A stretch of 64,000 nucleotides of DNA from Gordius albopunctatus. Its lineage: Eukaryota. Location of the stretch: assembly GCA_964276515.1 (NCBI GenBank), contig OZ193909.1:13640001-13704000 (forward strand), written 5' to 3'. Below are positions 11,789 through 25,254 of this stretch, piece by piece; position 1 is the first letter of the stretch, and each line of letters begins with the position of its first letter. A program made the translations under genes and the position numbers. Under the pieces are notes generated by a model, which was given only the letters and a program-made list of their open reading frames with translations, was not told the origin of the DNA and did not search any database.

Positions 11789-14539
11789 AAAACAATCAAA
11801 CTCGGCTTATAAAATCATTTTAAAGAATAATTTTTGAGATTAACTAGTTGATTTATATTGCAAAGTTCAAGTTCAGAATATTAAAAAAAGAACTAGTTCA
11901 TAGTTCACGGTGTAAAAAAAGGAACTAGTTCAAGTTCATAGTTCAGTTCAGAAAAAAGTGAACTAGTTCCTAACAGCTCTACCTATAACGTACATTTCCA
12001 TTTATACCGTTTTTCGATAGTTGAACATTAAACCATATCCAGCTAAGCGTTTTGACCACTTTTCGGCTTCTTCGAATACTTTCTCCTTTGTTTCCTCGCA
12101 TAGTACTATATCATCGGCATATGGCATACACCATGGCGAGGGCTTTTGAATGTCTCTCGTTATCATGTCTAAAGCTATATTAAATAAAAGGGGACTAAAA
12201 GCAGATCCTTGATGTAGTCCAATTTTAACCCGAAAATGTTTAGAGTCTCTAACTGTTGTTCTAAAGCAAGAGTTGGAGGCTTCATAAATATTTTCTATAA
12301 GCAGTATATATACGTCAGGGCTCAGGGATATTTTGTTTTCTCAGGCACCACCATGCTAAATGGTTGGGGACCGTGTCATAAGCTATCTCCAAGTCGATAA
12401 AAACCATATGTAGGTCTTTCCTGTTTTTATCATACCTATCCAACATTTGTCTTAGTGCGAAGATTGGGTCGATTATGGATTTGCCAGCCACAAATCCGAA
12501 TTGATTAGCCAATATTTCCACGTCGTTTTTCAGCCTTGTAAATAAGATCCTTTCCAAAACCTTTAAGGAGTGGCATGTTAGCTTGATACGTCTGCAATTG
12601 CCTCAATCCTAAGGATCTTCTTTGCCTTTAAATAATGGTATAATCGTGCTTGCCCTCCATTGATTAGGAATTCGCTCTTCTAGCAATATCTTGTTAAGGA
12701 GGTTCGCATGGTGGAGACTCCCTCTTCACGACATCCGAGCAATGCTTCCATAGATATTCCATCTGGGCCATTTGCTTTTTATTTTTGCATCTTGTTTTCT
12801 GTCCTAACTTCATCCAACTGAAAGAGTTCGACCATACTTATATTTGGCTCAATTTTTTGAAGGGAATCCTTGTCATTTGCAATGTTCATAAGTTTCTTAA
12901 AATATTCTTTCCACCATTTCCTTCGGCTTGAATAAGGTTTGACCCTTCTCGTTTTTGACTATTTTAAGAACTCCGACATCGCCTTCTCCCTTATATTGGC
13001 CAATTTGTACATAAGTCTATCGCCCCCTTTGTAATCCAGTTTGTTTGCCATCTCGGTGTATGCGGCATTCTTCGCTATTGCAACGGCCTTTTTTGTGGCC
13101 CACTTTGCGTCTCTATACTCTTGATAATCCCCCGATTTTTTTGATTTATGCCACAGTCTATATAGATTTTTCTTTCTTTCGATGAAATCTTTAACCGATT
13201 GATCCCACCACCATAGCTCCCTATTCATAGCTTTACCTCCTTTGGTCTGTCCTAGAGCACGAATCGCTGTTTCCTTAATGTCCTTAGATAGCGTTTCCCA
13301 ATCGTCATCTACGTCCCTTTGCAAGTCCCTTGCACCCAAGAGTGAGGAGTCATTTTGATGGTATTCTTTGTTCGTCGACGTATCCTTTGGCCTTTCGTAT
13401 CAATTTCGAGGTTCATAGATCTTTCTTCTTTCGGGAAATACTCTTCTGTCGAGATCCATAACAAGGGGACGATGTTGCCTGGCGAATTCATTTCTCGGTG
13501 TTACTTTGCAATCCTTGATACTGCATAAGTCATTTCGTCCTTTCCACTTCTATAAGTCACAATATGATCTTCGCTCTTTTGAAAATAGATGTTAACGATC
13601 GCCATGTCATATGCTTGGGATACTTGGAGAAGTTTTTCCCCTTCTTTGTTATTTAGACCATGCTCATAGCCTCCATGATTGCGTTCATACACGAGGCGAT
13701 CTTTCCCTACGTGAGTGTTGAAATCTGCCCCAATAATTAGACTTTCTTCCTGTCCTATTCCTTGTATTTCTTTTTCCAATGAATCGAAGAATATGTCTTT
13801 CTCTGATTCCATAAACCCAATTTGGGAAGCATACGCGCACATGACGGTTAGGAGGCCCTCTTGATCTGCAATCTTCACCCACATTAGCCTGTTGGAACAA
13901 CGCTTGACTTCCACCACCTTGTCCTTGAACAATTCGCTTAGAAAGATACCGACCCCGTTTATACGATTTGATGATCCACTGTAGAATAGTTTGTAGCCTT
14001 CTCCTAACTCCCGAGCTTTGGTTCCGTTCCACAGTGTTTCTTGTATGCAGGCGATGTGTACCTTTCTTATTTTTAGCATTTGTGCGACCCCGAAGCTCTT
14101 CCCCGTCCACATTCACACATTCCAGCACGTTATTCGCATTATTTCCACAAATAATTTCCTTAACCGACTTCGTTGTGAGTGGGGCAGTAACCCTAGTGTA
14201 TTTTTTACATTGCACGGGCGGGGTATGCAGTGCGCGTCGTTTGTGGAGGACGCCATAGCTTTCTCTTGTAAAATCTTATTTAAAACTATCATGATTTTGG
14301 AGTTGGTATTTATAGCCGGTTTCCGACCTGACGCCAACCCTCCACTTTTTGCACACGGACTTGAGACCATTGTAGGTAGTGTTATAATTATTAATCACTA
14401 TAATAATTCATTCAAATAAAGTTAGTAATTAAAATCTGTGATATCAAGTAGTTTCATAAATGGCACTTCAATTTGTCAAATATATTTTACAAACCGCAGA
14501 TTATTCAAATTTTATAAAATATATTAACTCGATAGGTAA

Positions 14540-14903
14540 CAATGTAACTTTTAGGTGACGCAACTTTAGAACCACTTTTCTCTAAAACTTCTTAAGATAA
14601 ATACATTTTTTAAATTAAATTTGAAAGATTGGAGTGGGATAAATCATCTGATAAAATTTTATTACTTCTTCTTCATTGGTTCTTAAATTATACTCGTTCA
14701 AAAATCATAAAATTCGCAATCCCGACCTGTCTTTTTTCATTCAATATTTATGTACACTCAACATTGAGTTTTGGCAAATTAGTTTACATATTTAAAATGA
14801 GTATAATTTTTCCCACATTTTGATAGTAATTTTATATTTATATGAGCATTTTAAAGACTTTAAAATATTCCTTAAAGTTGAACGTCACCTAAAGGCTACA
14901 CTG
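14540..14903. mobile_element. MITE with ~33-bp imperfect TIRs
   Basis: CAATGTAACTTTTAGGTGACGCAACTTTAG is inverted as TAAAGTTGAACGTCACCTAAAGGCTACACTG. No clear TSD. Confidence 0.55.
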
Positions 14904-17900
14904 ACATAGCATATGTGCCTAGTGCAACCCTATTAATGATTTAATTATAAAACTATAAATCCATTAATAATTTTTTCCATTTTTCTTAGCAAAAGTTGAT
15001 AGTATAAAGGGGGTGGGGGTAGAATAGTCTAGAATAGCAAAAATTTTGCCTATTTAAGCTATAAAAAGTCTTGGTAAAACGATTCTATTTTCTTTGATTT
15101 TTGGATAGGAAATATGGCGGATACATGATATTTATACATAAAATTGTACCTCCTAATATGCCAAATACGGCTAAAAATAGTTAGATTCATAATTTTAATG
15201 CGGCCTAAGTCTACATTTCTATAATTCATTCTGATTTTATGATATATTTATAGAATTTACCCATGATTTTGAACCTAGATGGTGGACTTTTTAAAGCTTA
15301 GTCCCATTTTTAGGTTTGTAGCAATAAGTCCCCCCTTATAAAAATTTAAAAGAGATCGAAATTGAATTTTGACTGTGTTACTCCCATTCAAATTACATGA
15401 TAGTTTTTTATTCTGTTTTAGATCTTTAATTTATACCAAAAAAACACACCCATAATTTTAAATTAACGATCAAAGAATTTTAACTGGTACTATTAGTCTC
15501 TCAAAAATATCTTAATGTTTTGAAAACTTAAGAAGTCCTATTCTTCAAAAAAATAATATCCGATGGTATGCATTCATAATCAGACAACACACAGCAAAGC
15601 GATTCATAAAAGTTAAGCTTTTTAGATATCGTTTTAAAATGTGATGTGAGGCCCGTCAAAACGGCAATCTTGTTACCTTGGGGCAGTACCAAGAGGCCAC
15701 GTTATCCTTTTTCAAGAATGATGAAAGAGGATTAGAGCTGTCATAAATGACTTAGTTGCCTTTCAATTTTGTCTCTTTTAGTGTATATTCTTAAAATATC
15801 TCGACAATCGCTTAATTATTGAATTGTCTTTCAAACGTGAATATTGGAGGTACCTAAACAGTGCGTTTAACTCGTCTCAAATCCCTATTGATCAATATAA
15901 AATCCCTAAAAAAGAAAGGATTTATTCTGCAAAGGTATATTTCTAACGTCAAGCCAGTACGTTGGCACGATAATCATAACGAGGCTTTTTAATTGTTAAA
16001 CCTATTACATGTAGTAGAATCAGGCCTCTTTAAAAGTTTAGGAAAATATTTTCAATGGCCAAAGTTTAATAAATTTATGGGCGATATAGAATGCTCTGAA
16101 TATATGTGAAACACTTACATTCCGATTAATTTGAAGCTAAGGGTTTTACAAACAAATTAAGCTTTAATTGCTTACTTCTTTGATCGCATTGCGTGTTAAT
16201 GAAAAACGAAGCTGAAAAAAATTAATTAACTAGAGGTCGTCTAACTTATATTGATTTTAATTCAATTTTGAGCGTGAAAATTTCTCTTGGGGGAACTGCA
16301 AGGGTCATTTTTCTTCTAGGGAGGAGCCGAATGGGCGAAGACTTGTTTTTTAGGGAGTGACCTTGATCCCCTTATCACCCCCCCCCAGCCACGCCATTGC
16401 CATAAATTGCATAGAAATTAATATAAATGGTGAGAAATTTGTACCTTCCTTCTAAAATGGCCACCCATATGTGACATAAGATATTAAAAATTATAAACTC
16501 TAATGTTTGATTTTGCCTTTATTGAATATCATTTGTAACATTTCTAAAAAGACCTATTTATTTTTTCTTTATGACTTAATTATATTCCTCTAAAATTCTT
16601 TGTATTTTTAAGTGTTAAATCTTGAAATTTTTTAAATACTCGCGGCTAAAGGAAATGTATTATAAGGTAAGATTATAGAACATAGAACTTAAAATTATAT
16701 TATAACCCCCTTCCCTCTAATCAATGGAATGAGGGAGGTCCAGGGTGAATTTTATAACGCGTTATAAGTTAGAATTCATGTTTTGAAAATCATGTGTTGC
16801 AAGTTGCACCCCTCTGATTTCTAGAAAAGGTTAAAAATTTATATTTAGATACCATATAATACTCAAATTTCGTTTAAGGGGCATTTCAGGACCCTCTGAG
16901 TTCAACAGCCCTTTAATTTTAATATATATTATCTGAGTATTTAAAAGTACCTGGGCATTAGAAATCGAACCAATGTGCCCGAGCATTGAAATTTTTATTA
17001 GCTTTAGTTCATATTCGTTTAATTCAATTAAACTACAATTAATTTTAGCTAAATGAAATGTAAATTTTAATCTGTATAAGCAATCCTTACAGGTAATAAA
17101 TCTCTATAACAAAACTATATTATCTTTTTTAATAGCTCGCACTCGTGGGCATACCAAGAACCAAATTAATGGGGAGCAGTAATGGAAAGGGCAAAACATT
17201 GCCTTTTTTAATTTAACTATAATTTTAATAAATTTTTCAAAAAAAAACGGAATTGTCGTAGACAGCTTTAAATTTTGGCCGAAAATAATTGATATGGTAA
17301 TTCCAAATTAGTAAACTTTGTATGGGTTTTAGATGGAAAACGGGGTCAGTTTGGGAATTTGGTCAATAAATTTGCGACATTGTGCACATGGCCAAATGCA
17401 TATATATTATACACTAAACACTCACCTTATATTATAATACCTATATATCGATTAATGTCACCAAACGTATATTATTTAGCATTAGGTGTTATGTGTGACC
17501 TTAAAAATTGCCAATTACCGACCCTATCAATTATCGGTAAAATTAAACAGGTATATTAGGGAGCTTTGGGAAAAGTGCAGATGTAATCCAGGCTAGTGCG
17601 ATCCTCATCTATGACACTCCCGCTTATATTATATTAGATATAAAGCGAGAGAATGACAAGCTCGCCAAAAAATTGACTCTGATTGACTTTGATAAAAGTG
17701 AATTCGATTATAAAGCTCCAAAGATAAATGCATTGTTTCCGCTGGTTTACTTTAAATAAAGGTAGAAATATGTTGGATTGGATAATAACCAGCCGATTAA
17801 GTGGAATCATCAAATTTTGTTGAAAAATCCAAGGCCAAACACTACTATTAGGCTAATACAACTTAAATAATCAACTCAAGCATGAGAGGCGATTTACGTT

Positions 17901-18260
17901 ATTTACTATCGGGCTTTAGGCGAAAAATTTTTTCCCCGAGTGGGCTTCGCTCTATCATCTATTTTACTGAATCATGTTTAATTTAAGCTAGTTTAGGCTT
18001 TTTTAATTGCTAAGCAATTTATGAGCTCGCTTTTGGTTTTGCCTAAGGTTCAATCTTTTAATATCTAAATCTTAATTTTCTTGTTTAAACAACATTTTCG
18101 TGGGGCTATTTTTGAAAATAAATGCCTACAATTGTTCTAAGACACTCATAGTCAAATGATTTTTATTGTATTCTTTATCTTTCAAGAACTTAGCTAAAAA
18201 GAGAAAGATATGTATCCCGAAAAATATGGTTGCTGATATATTGTGCACCTTTATATAACA

Positions 18261-20465
18261 CTAGCTGACCCAGCAAACGTTGTTTTGCTATATACATTAT
18301 TTCTAGAAAATACTATAGGCGATGTGCATGCTCATCCTTATGCCTCGATCATATAATGAGCGATTAAAACATAATTGTCCTATGGGAAATAATTCACTAA
18401 TTTAATGTAGGAAGAATTATTAATACGCTAAATATAAACACAAAAAGCAAAGTACTTAACATCAAATTTTTTATACTTTGCTTTACACATTTTGCCATAT
18501 AAATATACTGTCAAATAAATTAATACATGCCTAAAGAATTATTTAATTTGTAATTGCCAAAGGTTTGTTTTTTTTATTAAAGGTGTAAAAAAACCTTTTT
18601 TGGCCCTACCGCAAAATCACGATTCTGGCAAATGGCCGTTTTCGGACTTCAATCAAAACCCCAACACCCCCCCCCCCCACCTTAAAAATCTGTTTTATTT
18701 TTGCGCCTAAACATATTTTAGCGCGTCAAGCTTTTCACTTATTTCGGCAAACTACAATTCAGCTTACATCTGCTTACAAACTTGAGGTATATCATTGGCC
18801 GCCAACTGAGCTTTATTGCAATAGAGTCTCATTGTTATCATGTTTAGCTGATATATTGTGTAGTTTAAGCCATCAGGTACCATTATAGACGTAGCCCGAC
18901 CCTCTACCCTCAATTGGCCCTCCGTTAATTTTTACTATTGCTTAAATTATATAGGAAATCCATGCTCCTATACGAAGAAGAGCTTAATAAGGCCACACAA
19001 AGACAGCAAGTAGACAGGGGTTTAAGGGGCAGAGCCCCTTGAGTAAGATTTAGAGGGGCAGCCCCAACCGGGGTACAGGGGTGAAGCCCTTTGTTTGAAT
19101 CTTCTTCTTCTTTATCAGTTATTTGGTCCCACATTGGTGGGGTTAGTTTTGATAAGTTTCTTGCATCTTGACCGGGTGAGTGCCATGTCTTGACTACTCT
19201 TTAGTTTTCATAACTTTATCGCCTTGCCCGTTCCATGTGACACGGGGTCGTCCTCTTACTTTCTTGTCCAGCACCTCCATGTCGAGTACTTTTCGATTTA
19301 GGTCTATCGTGTCACCACCTTAACCGATTTTTGTCAATCATGTCCGCCATAGGTTGAGTATTCATTTTTGTCATGAGAAAGTCATTCGTCATATGGTCGA
19401 GCTTAGTTTACGCCAAGCTTCACCGTAGAATTCTCATCTCTGTGGCTTTTATAAGCCACCCTTCCCTGGTGTTTAATGCGGATGCTTAATAATCAATTTT
19501 TAATTCCTTAAATAATTTATTATCATAATGTCAAGTTCGACAAAAAATAAGGTTTTTTTAAACTCACTTTGTTGTTCACATGTATTCCATCTTTATTTAG
19601 TTATTTTAATAACCCACAGTCCAGGTTTAAGATGATCCATAAAATGACCACTGTTTTAGGTTAATTTGTATGAGTAGTACGGCCCGAGGCGAAAAGCCAT
19701 TTTTATTTTTGTCCCGAATCGAGCCCGGAGCAACATCGTTAATCTCGCTTATTTCCGAAACATGCGAATATTCCCTAACTTCCTAAGCAAATCCTCCTTT
19801 TTGTTTAAAATATGCCTAGATATACAGCATTAAAAACTGAGATATTATGAGGGGTCGTAAAAAATCATTGCCCACAAACCTTACTTTGGTCAATAGGCTA
19901 TCAGTGTACTCAGATAATTCATAAAAACTTAAAGCAACCGGTAGGAGTTAGGGGCGGAGTCCTTCTTAGAGGTCCGAAGAACTGAGATATATCAACATTT
20001 ATTGGCACTTTGTTAAAAGTATTTTCATTTTTCTCCTTATTTAACGCGCAAAAATGACAAAATTCGATTTTTATTTATTTAGCCACACAGGAGGGGACAC
20101 GACCGTCATATAATAATAATAATTGACGTGTAAAATAAGCAAAAAAATGACTTTGATATTTATTGTTTCAAAGCGCGTAAAAAGTTTAAATTTTCCGCAA
20201 CACATGCCTACTGCATTTATCACACTACCTACACGATAGATACGCAGTATACGTCATGAGGTTGCGTTTGAGTGACATTTTAGTAAACGTCAAAACGTAT
20301 AAGACTAAATAACCTGACCGTCTTGTGACTTAGAAATTTGGAATATAGTTAAAAACCTAGGCTCAGACCTACCAATCATTCGCAGAAATTTCCATCTAAA
20401 TCGGTCCAGCCGTTTCGGAGAAGTTTAACCACAAACACCGTGACACGGGAATTTTATATATTAGA
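18261..20465 (-). mobile_element. Non-autonomous Helitron
   Basis: On the minus strand it starts 5'-TCTAATATATAAAATTCCCGTGTCAC and ends with the hairpin AGCAAA-ACAACG-TTTGCT then GGGTCAGCTAG-3'. Inserted between A and T with no TSD. Confidence 0.8.
19099..19485 (-). mobile_element. 5'-truncated RTE LINE 3' fragment inside the Helitron
   Basis: Homologous to 7170-7530 and 40980-41340, and ends in a (GAA)n tail on the minus strand. Confidence 0.85.
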
Positions 20466-22148
20466 TAAAAAAATGAATTTAACCCTTGACGCTAATCCCC
20501 CCCACAAAAAAATAGAGGCCCACCAGTATTTTTGACAATTTTTTGCAGATTTCTCATTTTTTGCTTTAGCATTTTTAACACTGAGAATTTTTGTATTATT
20601 TATTAATGTTTTTAAAAGGAACAGGAAAATTATGGTATGGGCAGTTTTAAAATACATTTTCGGAATATTTTATATACGGAAACGAGGAGACAGATTTTAG
20701 AAAATTAACCAATAAGTGTATTAATAAAAATGCCATAAGATTTATTCTGAATTAAGTCATGAACCTTTTAGGTTAATTGGATTTTGCCAAATAAGTGAAA
20801 AACATATATCCCAGTTCAGTATGACTTGCTTACGAATTTATTTTCATTTAAATGACATTTGACGTAAAATTTACGCACAAACAGTTTTTAAAAATTAAAA
20901 ACTCTATCCTATATTAAAAAAATAGGTATGATAAGCGACTAGTAATATATTCAAATCAGTTACTAATAGATATAAGGATAACTAAAGGCCAAATAAAACT
21001 GTTCAAAATTAGGCGGGTAGCCAAGGGGGGATGAAGCGGGACTTTCTTAAACTATTTAAATTTGATTTCGTTTATAATTCTTTAAGTATTAAATTTTGTA
21101 AATTGAAGTTTTTGAAAATATTCGTCTAATTTTAAAGTTATGTTTTTATAACATTTTGTATTCATTTCTTTTGCTCGCTACCTCTTAGAACTTATTAAGG
21201 GCTACACCTACACCCTTTTAAAACAAATTGGCATCATCTGGTCAAGGAATAAAATGACGTACCCTGAAGGAAAGCGATAAATACAATTTAATATTTTATT
21301 ATCCTATTATTCCATGTTGTTCCTTATCATTAATAAGAAGGACAATATATCCTGTGATTCTCTTTACTTTATTAAGCCCAGTAGTAGTGTTATAATAGTA
21401 GAGTTGTTATATTGCTAACTTTCATCAACTCCAGCTACCTAACATCTGCTCGAGTTTCTGCTCGGCCCTCGAGCATTTTTATATGCTAATGCTCTTCCTA
21501 GTGCTCCGAACAGCGAGCACATATTGTGCTAACGCGCATATTAAGCAACTCAGTGTGCGTGCTCGCGTCTGGAGTTTGAAGAAAGTTAGCAATTTAACAA
21601 CTCTATATAATAGTGTGTCCTCTTCACCTATTTACAGCGCGGGGGAGGTGCATATGGAAAGTAACTTGAATGGAATATAACAAAGATCCACTACATTACA
21701 ACAAATTCAAGGAGGGTATAGAGTTAAAAATGTCAAAAGGACTGAGCATTGTGATAGGAACAACAACAAATGATGTCAGTAATATTTTTGGTTTACGTTT
21801 GGTAGATTGATTTATTCCCCCAAAATTGAAAATAATATCTTTAAACACTAAATTACGATATTTTGTGACACATTATTACCTGAAAAATTACTATTAACCT
21901 AAATTGACGGTATGAAAATGTAATTTTATAACTTTTTCCTATTAAATAGCCGCGGGTAATCCACGTAGGACTATGACTTATATAAAAGAAATTTAATAAC
22001 TTTTTTACACCATTATTTAATTAAATGTTAAAATAGAATGTTAATGTTTTGAGACTAAATAACATTGTTTTAAGGTTGTAATGAATCATGGCGGTACCCT
22101 AGATACTTTTAAACGAATATGTATAATGAATATTAATTTTATTGTGCC

Positions 22149-22297
22149 CACGGGCGTAGCCAAGGGGGGTGGAGCAGGGAGGGGCAGCTGCCCCCCTCTA
22201 AATCCAAAAATTTGTTAAAATTTTAAAAATGATCATTTTGCCCCTCCCTAATGCACACCTGTCCCCCCCTCTAAAGCCAATGCTGGCTACGGCCATG
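22149..22297. mobile_element. Small hAT-type MITE (CATGGGCGTAGCCAG TIR family)
   Basis: TIRs CACGGGCGTAGCCA / TGGCTACGGCCATG. Perfect TSD ATTGTGCC. Confidence 0.9.
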
Positions 22298-22721
22298 ATT
22301 GTGCCTACCTTATAATAGAAGCATTAAACATTCTTAAACCTAATAAAAGCTTATCTATCGGAGTATTTATATTAAGTATATCTCTTTAAACCACTTCAGG
22401 ATAACGAAAATAAATACATGATAATCACAACTCTTATATGATATGATATGATAAAGGTCAACCATCGTATTCATTTCCCTGGTCATTATGTCATGTTTCT
22501 TTGAAGTAATAAATAAGGAATACCCTATACCAGGTAAAGCCCTGATTATGACATTTATTTAGGAACTAACATGAATATGGCAATTATTTAATAGAATTAA
22601 TAAGCTCAACCAGGGTTGGGGAATGTCATTTATGAATTAAACGGGGGGGGGGGAAATAATTTAAAAATTTTTAAGGCGTTTTGCATTTAATTTTTTTTGT
22701 TGATTTGGGGTATCTGCTGAC

Positions 22722-24537
22722 TAGAGACATGGGCGTACTCGGGGGGGGGGGGCTGCACTTTGGATGTCGAGGACCTTTTTTTCTCTCAGGAAAATTTAAT
22801 GAAAATTTTTTTTTAATTCTGCCCCCCCCCTCTAATTCAAAACCTGCGTATGCCAATGACTAGAGACCTGCACGGGCGCCCCCAGGCCCAACCCTGGCCC
22901 TAAATTTTGGGCCGGACCTAATTCATTAATTATAGGCCCGGCCCGTAATAATTTAGATGTAAGTAATTTAGAAGTAGTGGCCTAAGTAATCTTTTGTTCT
23001 GTTTAAAACAATAATTACAAAAAATTAATAATATTGATTCATTCATTTGGCGCTTTTTCTAATATAAAAACAATTGAGTATCGAACAAAAAAATCTACTC
23101 CTTATAGCTGAAAAAGAATTTTATGAAGTAAAGGAAATTGACACCTACATAAAGTTAAAGATCAACAAGAAAAAATAAATAAATTGCATAACAATTAAAA
23201 ATATTGGAATGGTGGAAAGTACGCTTCTGGAATCCTTAGGTCTGAAATTCGAAAATCTGAATCGATCTTTAAAAATAGATTTGAAAAATTATTTATACTT
23301 GATAGTTATTTTAATATACAAGACGAAAATAATTAAGCTGTTTTTATCTTTTCGCAAATTAGTTATTTTTCCCGATCACTAAATTTAAATTTTATAAGCA
23401 TACACAAAATATAAAAATAGCAGTTTAGATAGAATATGGGGTTCAACTTCAAAAAAAAATTTCAATATTTTTGCTAGCATTTTAAGTCAACTATTATTTA
23501 ATGTTTATTATTTAGTTTGTACTTATACATAAAACTTTCACATAAATCATTAAACTGTAAATAATATATTTTGATATGCATTAACCTTATATGCCGAGAT
23601 TTTATTTATATACATAAAAATTCTAGATTGATAATAAAACAAGATAATAACCCATTGTACGGGTACCGAAACTAAATAATAGATAAATTCTATTGATACC
23701 ATCTAGTCGAAATTTTTAATTAGAGACTATATTAATTTAAATAATTTTGATACTGAAGAATAAAAATAAGTTAATGTAAAAATAAGTTAATGGTTTGGGA
23801 CCATAATAAATCATCCAATTTGCAACCTGCGATCATCGTGTAAGTTTTTTTTATATAACAAACAAAGACTGACTAAAATATCGATATTTTATCCTTTTCA
23901 CCTTTGATATTTTTATATTCAATCTTTGCATTTTTATGAATAAATTCATTTATAGCGATATTTAGAAATTAAAAAACTTTAAAAATATTTGAATCGAATT
24001 CGAATCTTGAAATTTTTTTCGAGTCGAATTCGAATCCTTATTTTAATATTCCACGACTCTCGAATCAAATATTTTTTCAAATAAAATTATCGAATCCGAA
24101 TCGAATACTAAAAATATTCGATTTGATTCAAATCCAGAGGCGTTGTGGAAAGACCACAGTGTTCAAATTCTAGCGCTTGGCTCCCTCGTTTAAGATTTTT
24201 TAGACATCCTGCTTCATCCCCTCGAGTGAGAGGTGTATTTCGTCAGCGGGCAGGATTTATGAAGAGCGGATAACGAATTTAAAAAATTTTTGCTGCCTGT
24301 TTTTTTGCATCAAAATAGTTCCATTATCGATTTATAATTATATTATGTGCGTTTTATTTTTTAATTAAAAATTCTAACAAAATTGAGTTACATTAAATTC
24401 CTGCAATTATAAAAATTCCGGGCCGGGTCTTGTTTTTAAAGATGCTAAAATTCGGGCCCGGGCCGGGCCTGATTTTTTCCCATTTTAAATTCCGGGCTCG
24501 GGCCCGGCCTTAATAAAATCGATTTTGCAGGTCTCTA
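22722..24537. mobile_element. Non-autonomous hAT-like element, TIR TAGAGACCTGCA
   Basis: TAGAGA(CCTGCA)...TGCAGGTCTCTA with GGCCCG subterminal repeats. TSD CTGCTGAC/CTCATGAC (6/8). Confidence 0.8.
22728..22858. mobile_element. Small MITE inserted in the left TIR of the 22722 element
   Basis: CATGGGCGTAC...GTATGCCAATG with perfect TSD ACTAGAGA at 22720-22727 and 22859-22866. Confidence 0.85.
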
Positions 24538-25206
24538 CTCATGACTTGGCTACACCCTTGATGGTCTCTGGTTATTTAAGCAAGCAATGCTAAACAATAA
24601 ATTTCAAAAGCACCGTTGTTGATAAAAAAACTCGGGTTAAAAGAATCAACAAACATGGAGCTAGGTGATGTGGGGATTGGAGATGAACTAGTAATAGCAC
24701 CGACCCTTCTCCCTTTTTGATATAATTTAAGGCAAGTCGTCCCCGTGTTTGTCCCTAGCCTTACTTACCAGCAGCACTCGCATCTTTGACTTAATTAATG
24801 CGCATTAAATTGAAGAGCAGCAAACCCTCCCCCCCTCGCTTGGTTGCTTGCTTGCTATAACTTTCTCCTCTATCCTCGCCCGCTCTTTAGGAAGGTGTGG
24901 AGGAGGCGAGCAAAGGTGGGGGGGGGGGGTAAGGCATAAAAATTTTGCATCGCAACTTTGTCCCTCCTAGTAGTTTAATACCTTTTTAATAAACCTACTC
25001 TCCCCTTTTTCACCTCTAAGGTTTTTTCCCTATTCATCCACTTTTTTATTCAATTCTACCATAGCTGTTGTAGAAGCAATTCAAGTCTCGGATCTCTGTT
25101 GTAACCAGTGGAAGGTAGAGGGAAAGACTACTCCAAACAATGCGACTTCATTATATGATATTTAACGCGACATGTATAGGCTAGGCGTGCATCATGTATT
25201 ATATGT

Positions 25207-25254
25207 ATGACTAGGCACCACCGATCGACCCTCAAGTACAACGAGAGCCTACAG
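25207..25254 (+). CDS. Candidate alternative first coding exon of cpo/RBPMS (MTRHHRSTLKYNESLQ)
   Basis: Runs from ATG to a strong CAG|GTGAGA donor in phase 0, compatible with the exon at 36824. Lies downstream of a GC-richer, promoter-like region. Confidence 0.4.

Larger units (their letters stand above)
7775..11981. mobile_element. Non-autonomous hAT-like element with GAACTAGTTCA subterminal repeats
   Basis: Termini CAGAG(CTGTTA) and TAACAGCTCTA. Perfect 8-bp TSD CCTATAAC at 7767-7774 and 11982-11989, within the RTE. Confidence 0.85.
7170..14372 (-). mobile_element. RTE-clade LINE copy 1, near full length and decayed, split by nested insertions (LINE parts 7170-7774 and 11982-14372)
   Basis: APE endonuclease (CIQET, GADFN), ELWWW linker, RT (QFGF, HMVFIDLE.AYD, HQGSA, PWCMPYADDI) and C-terminal VRPVLLYASETW. 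Confidence 0.95.
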
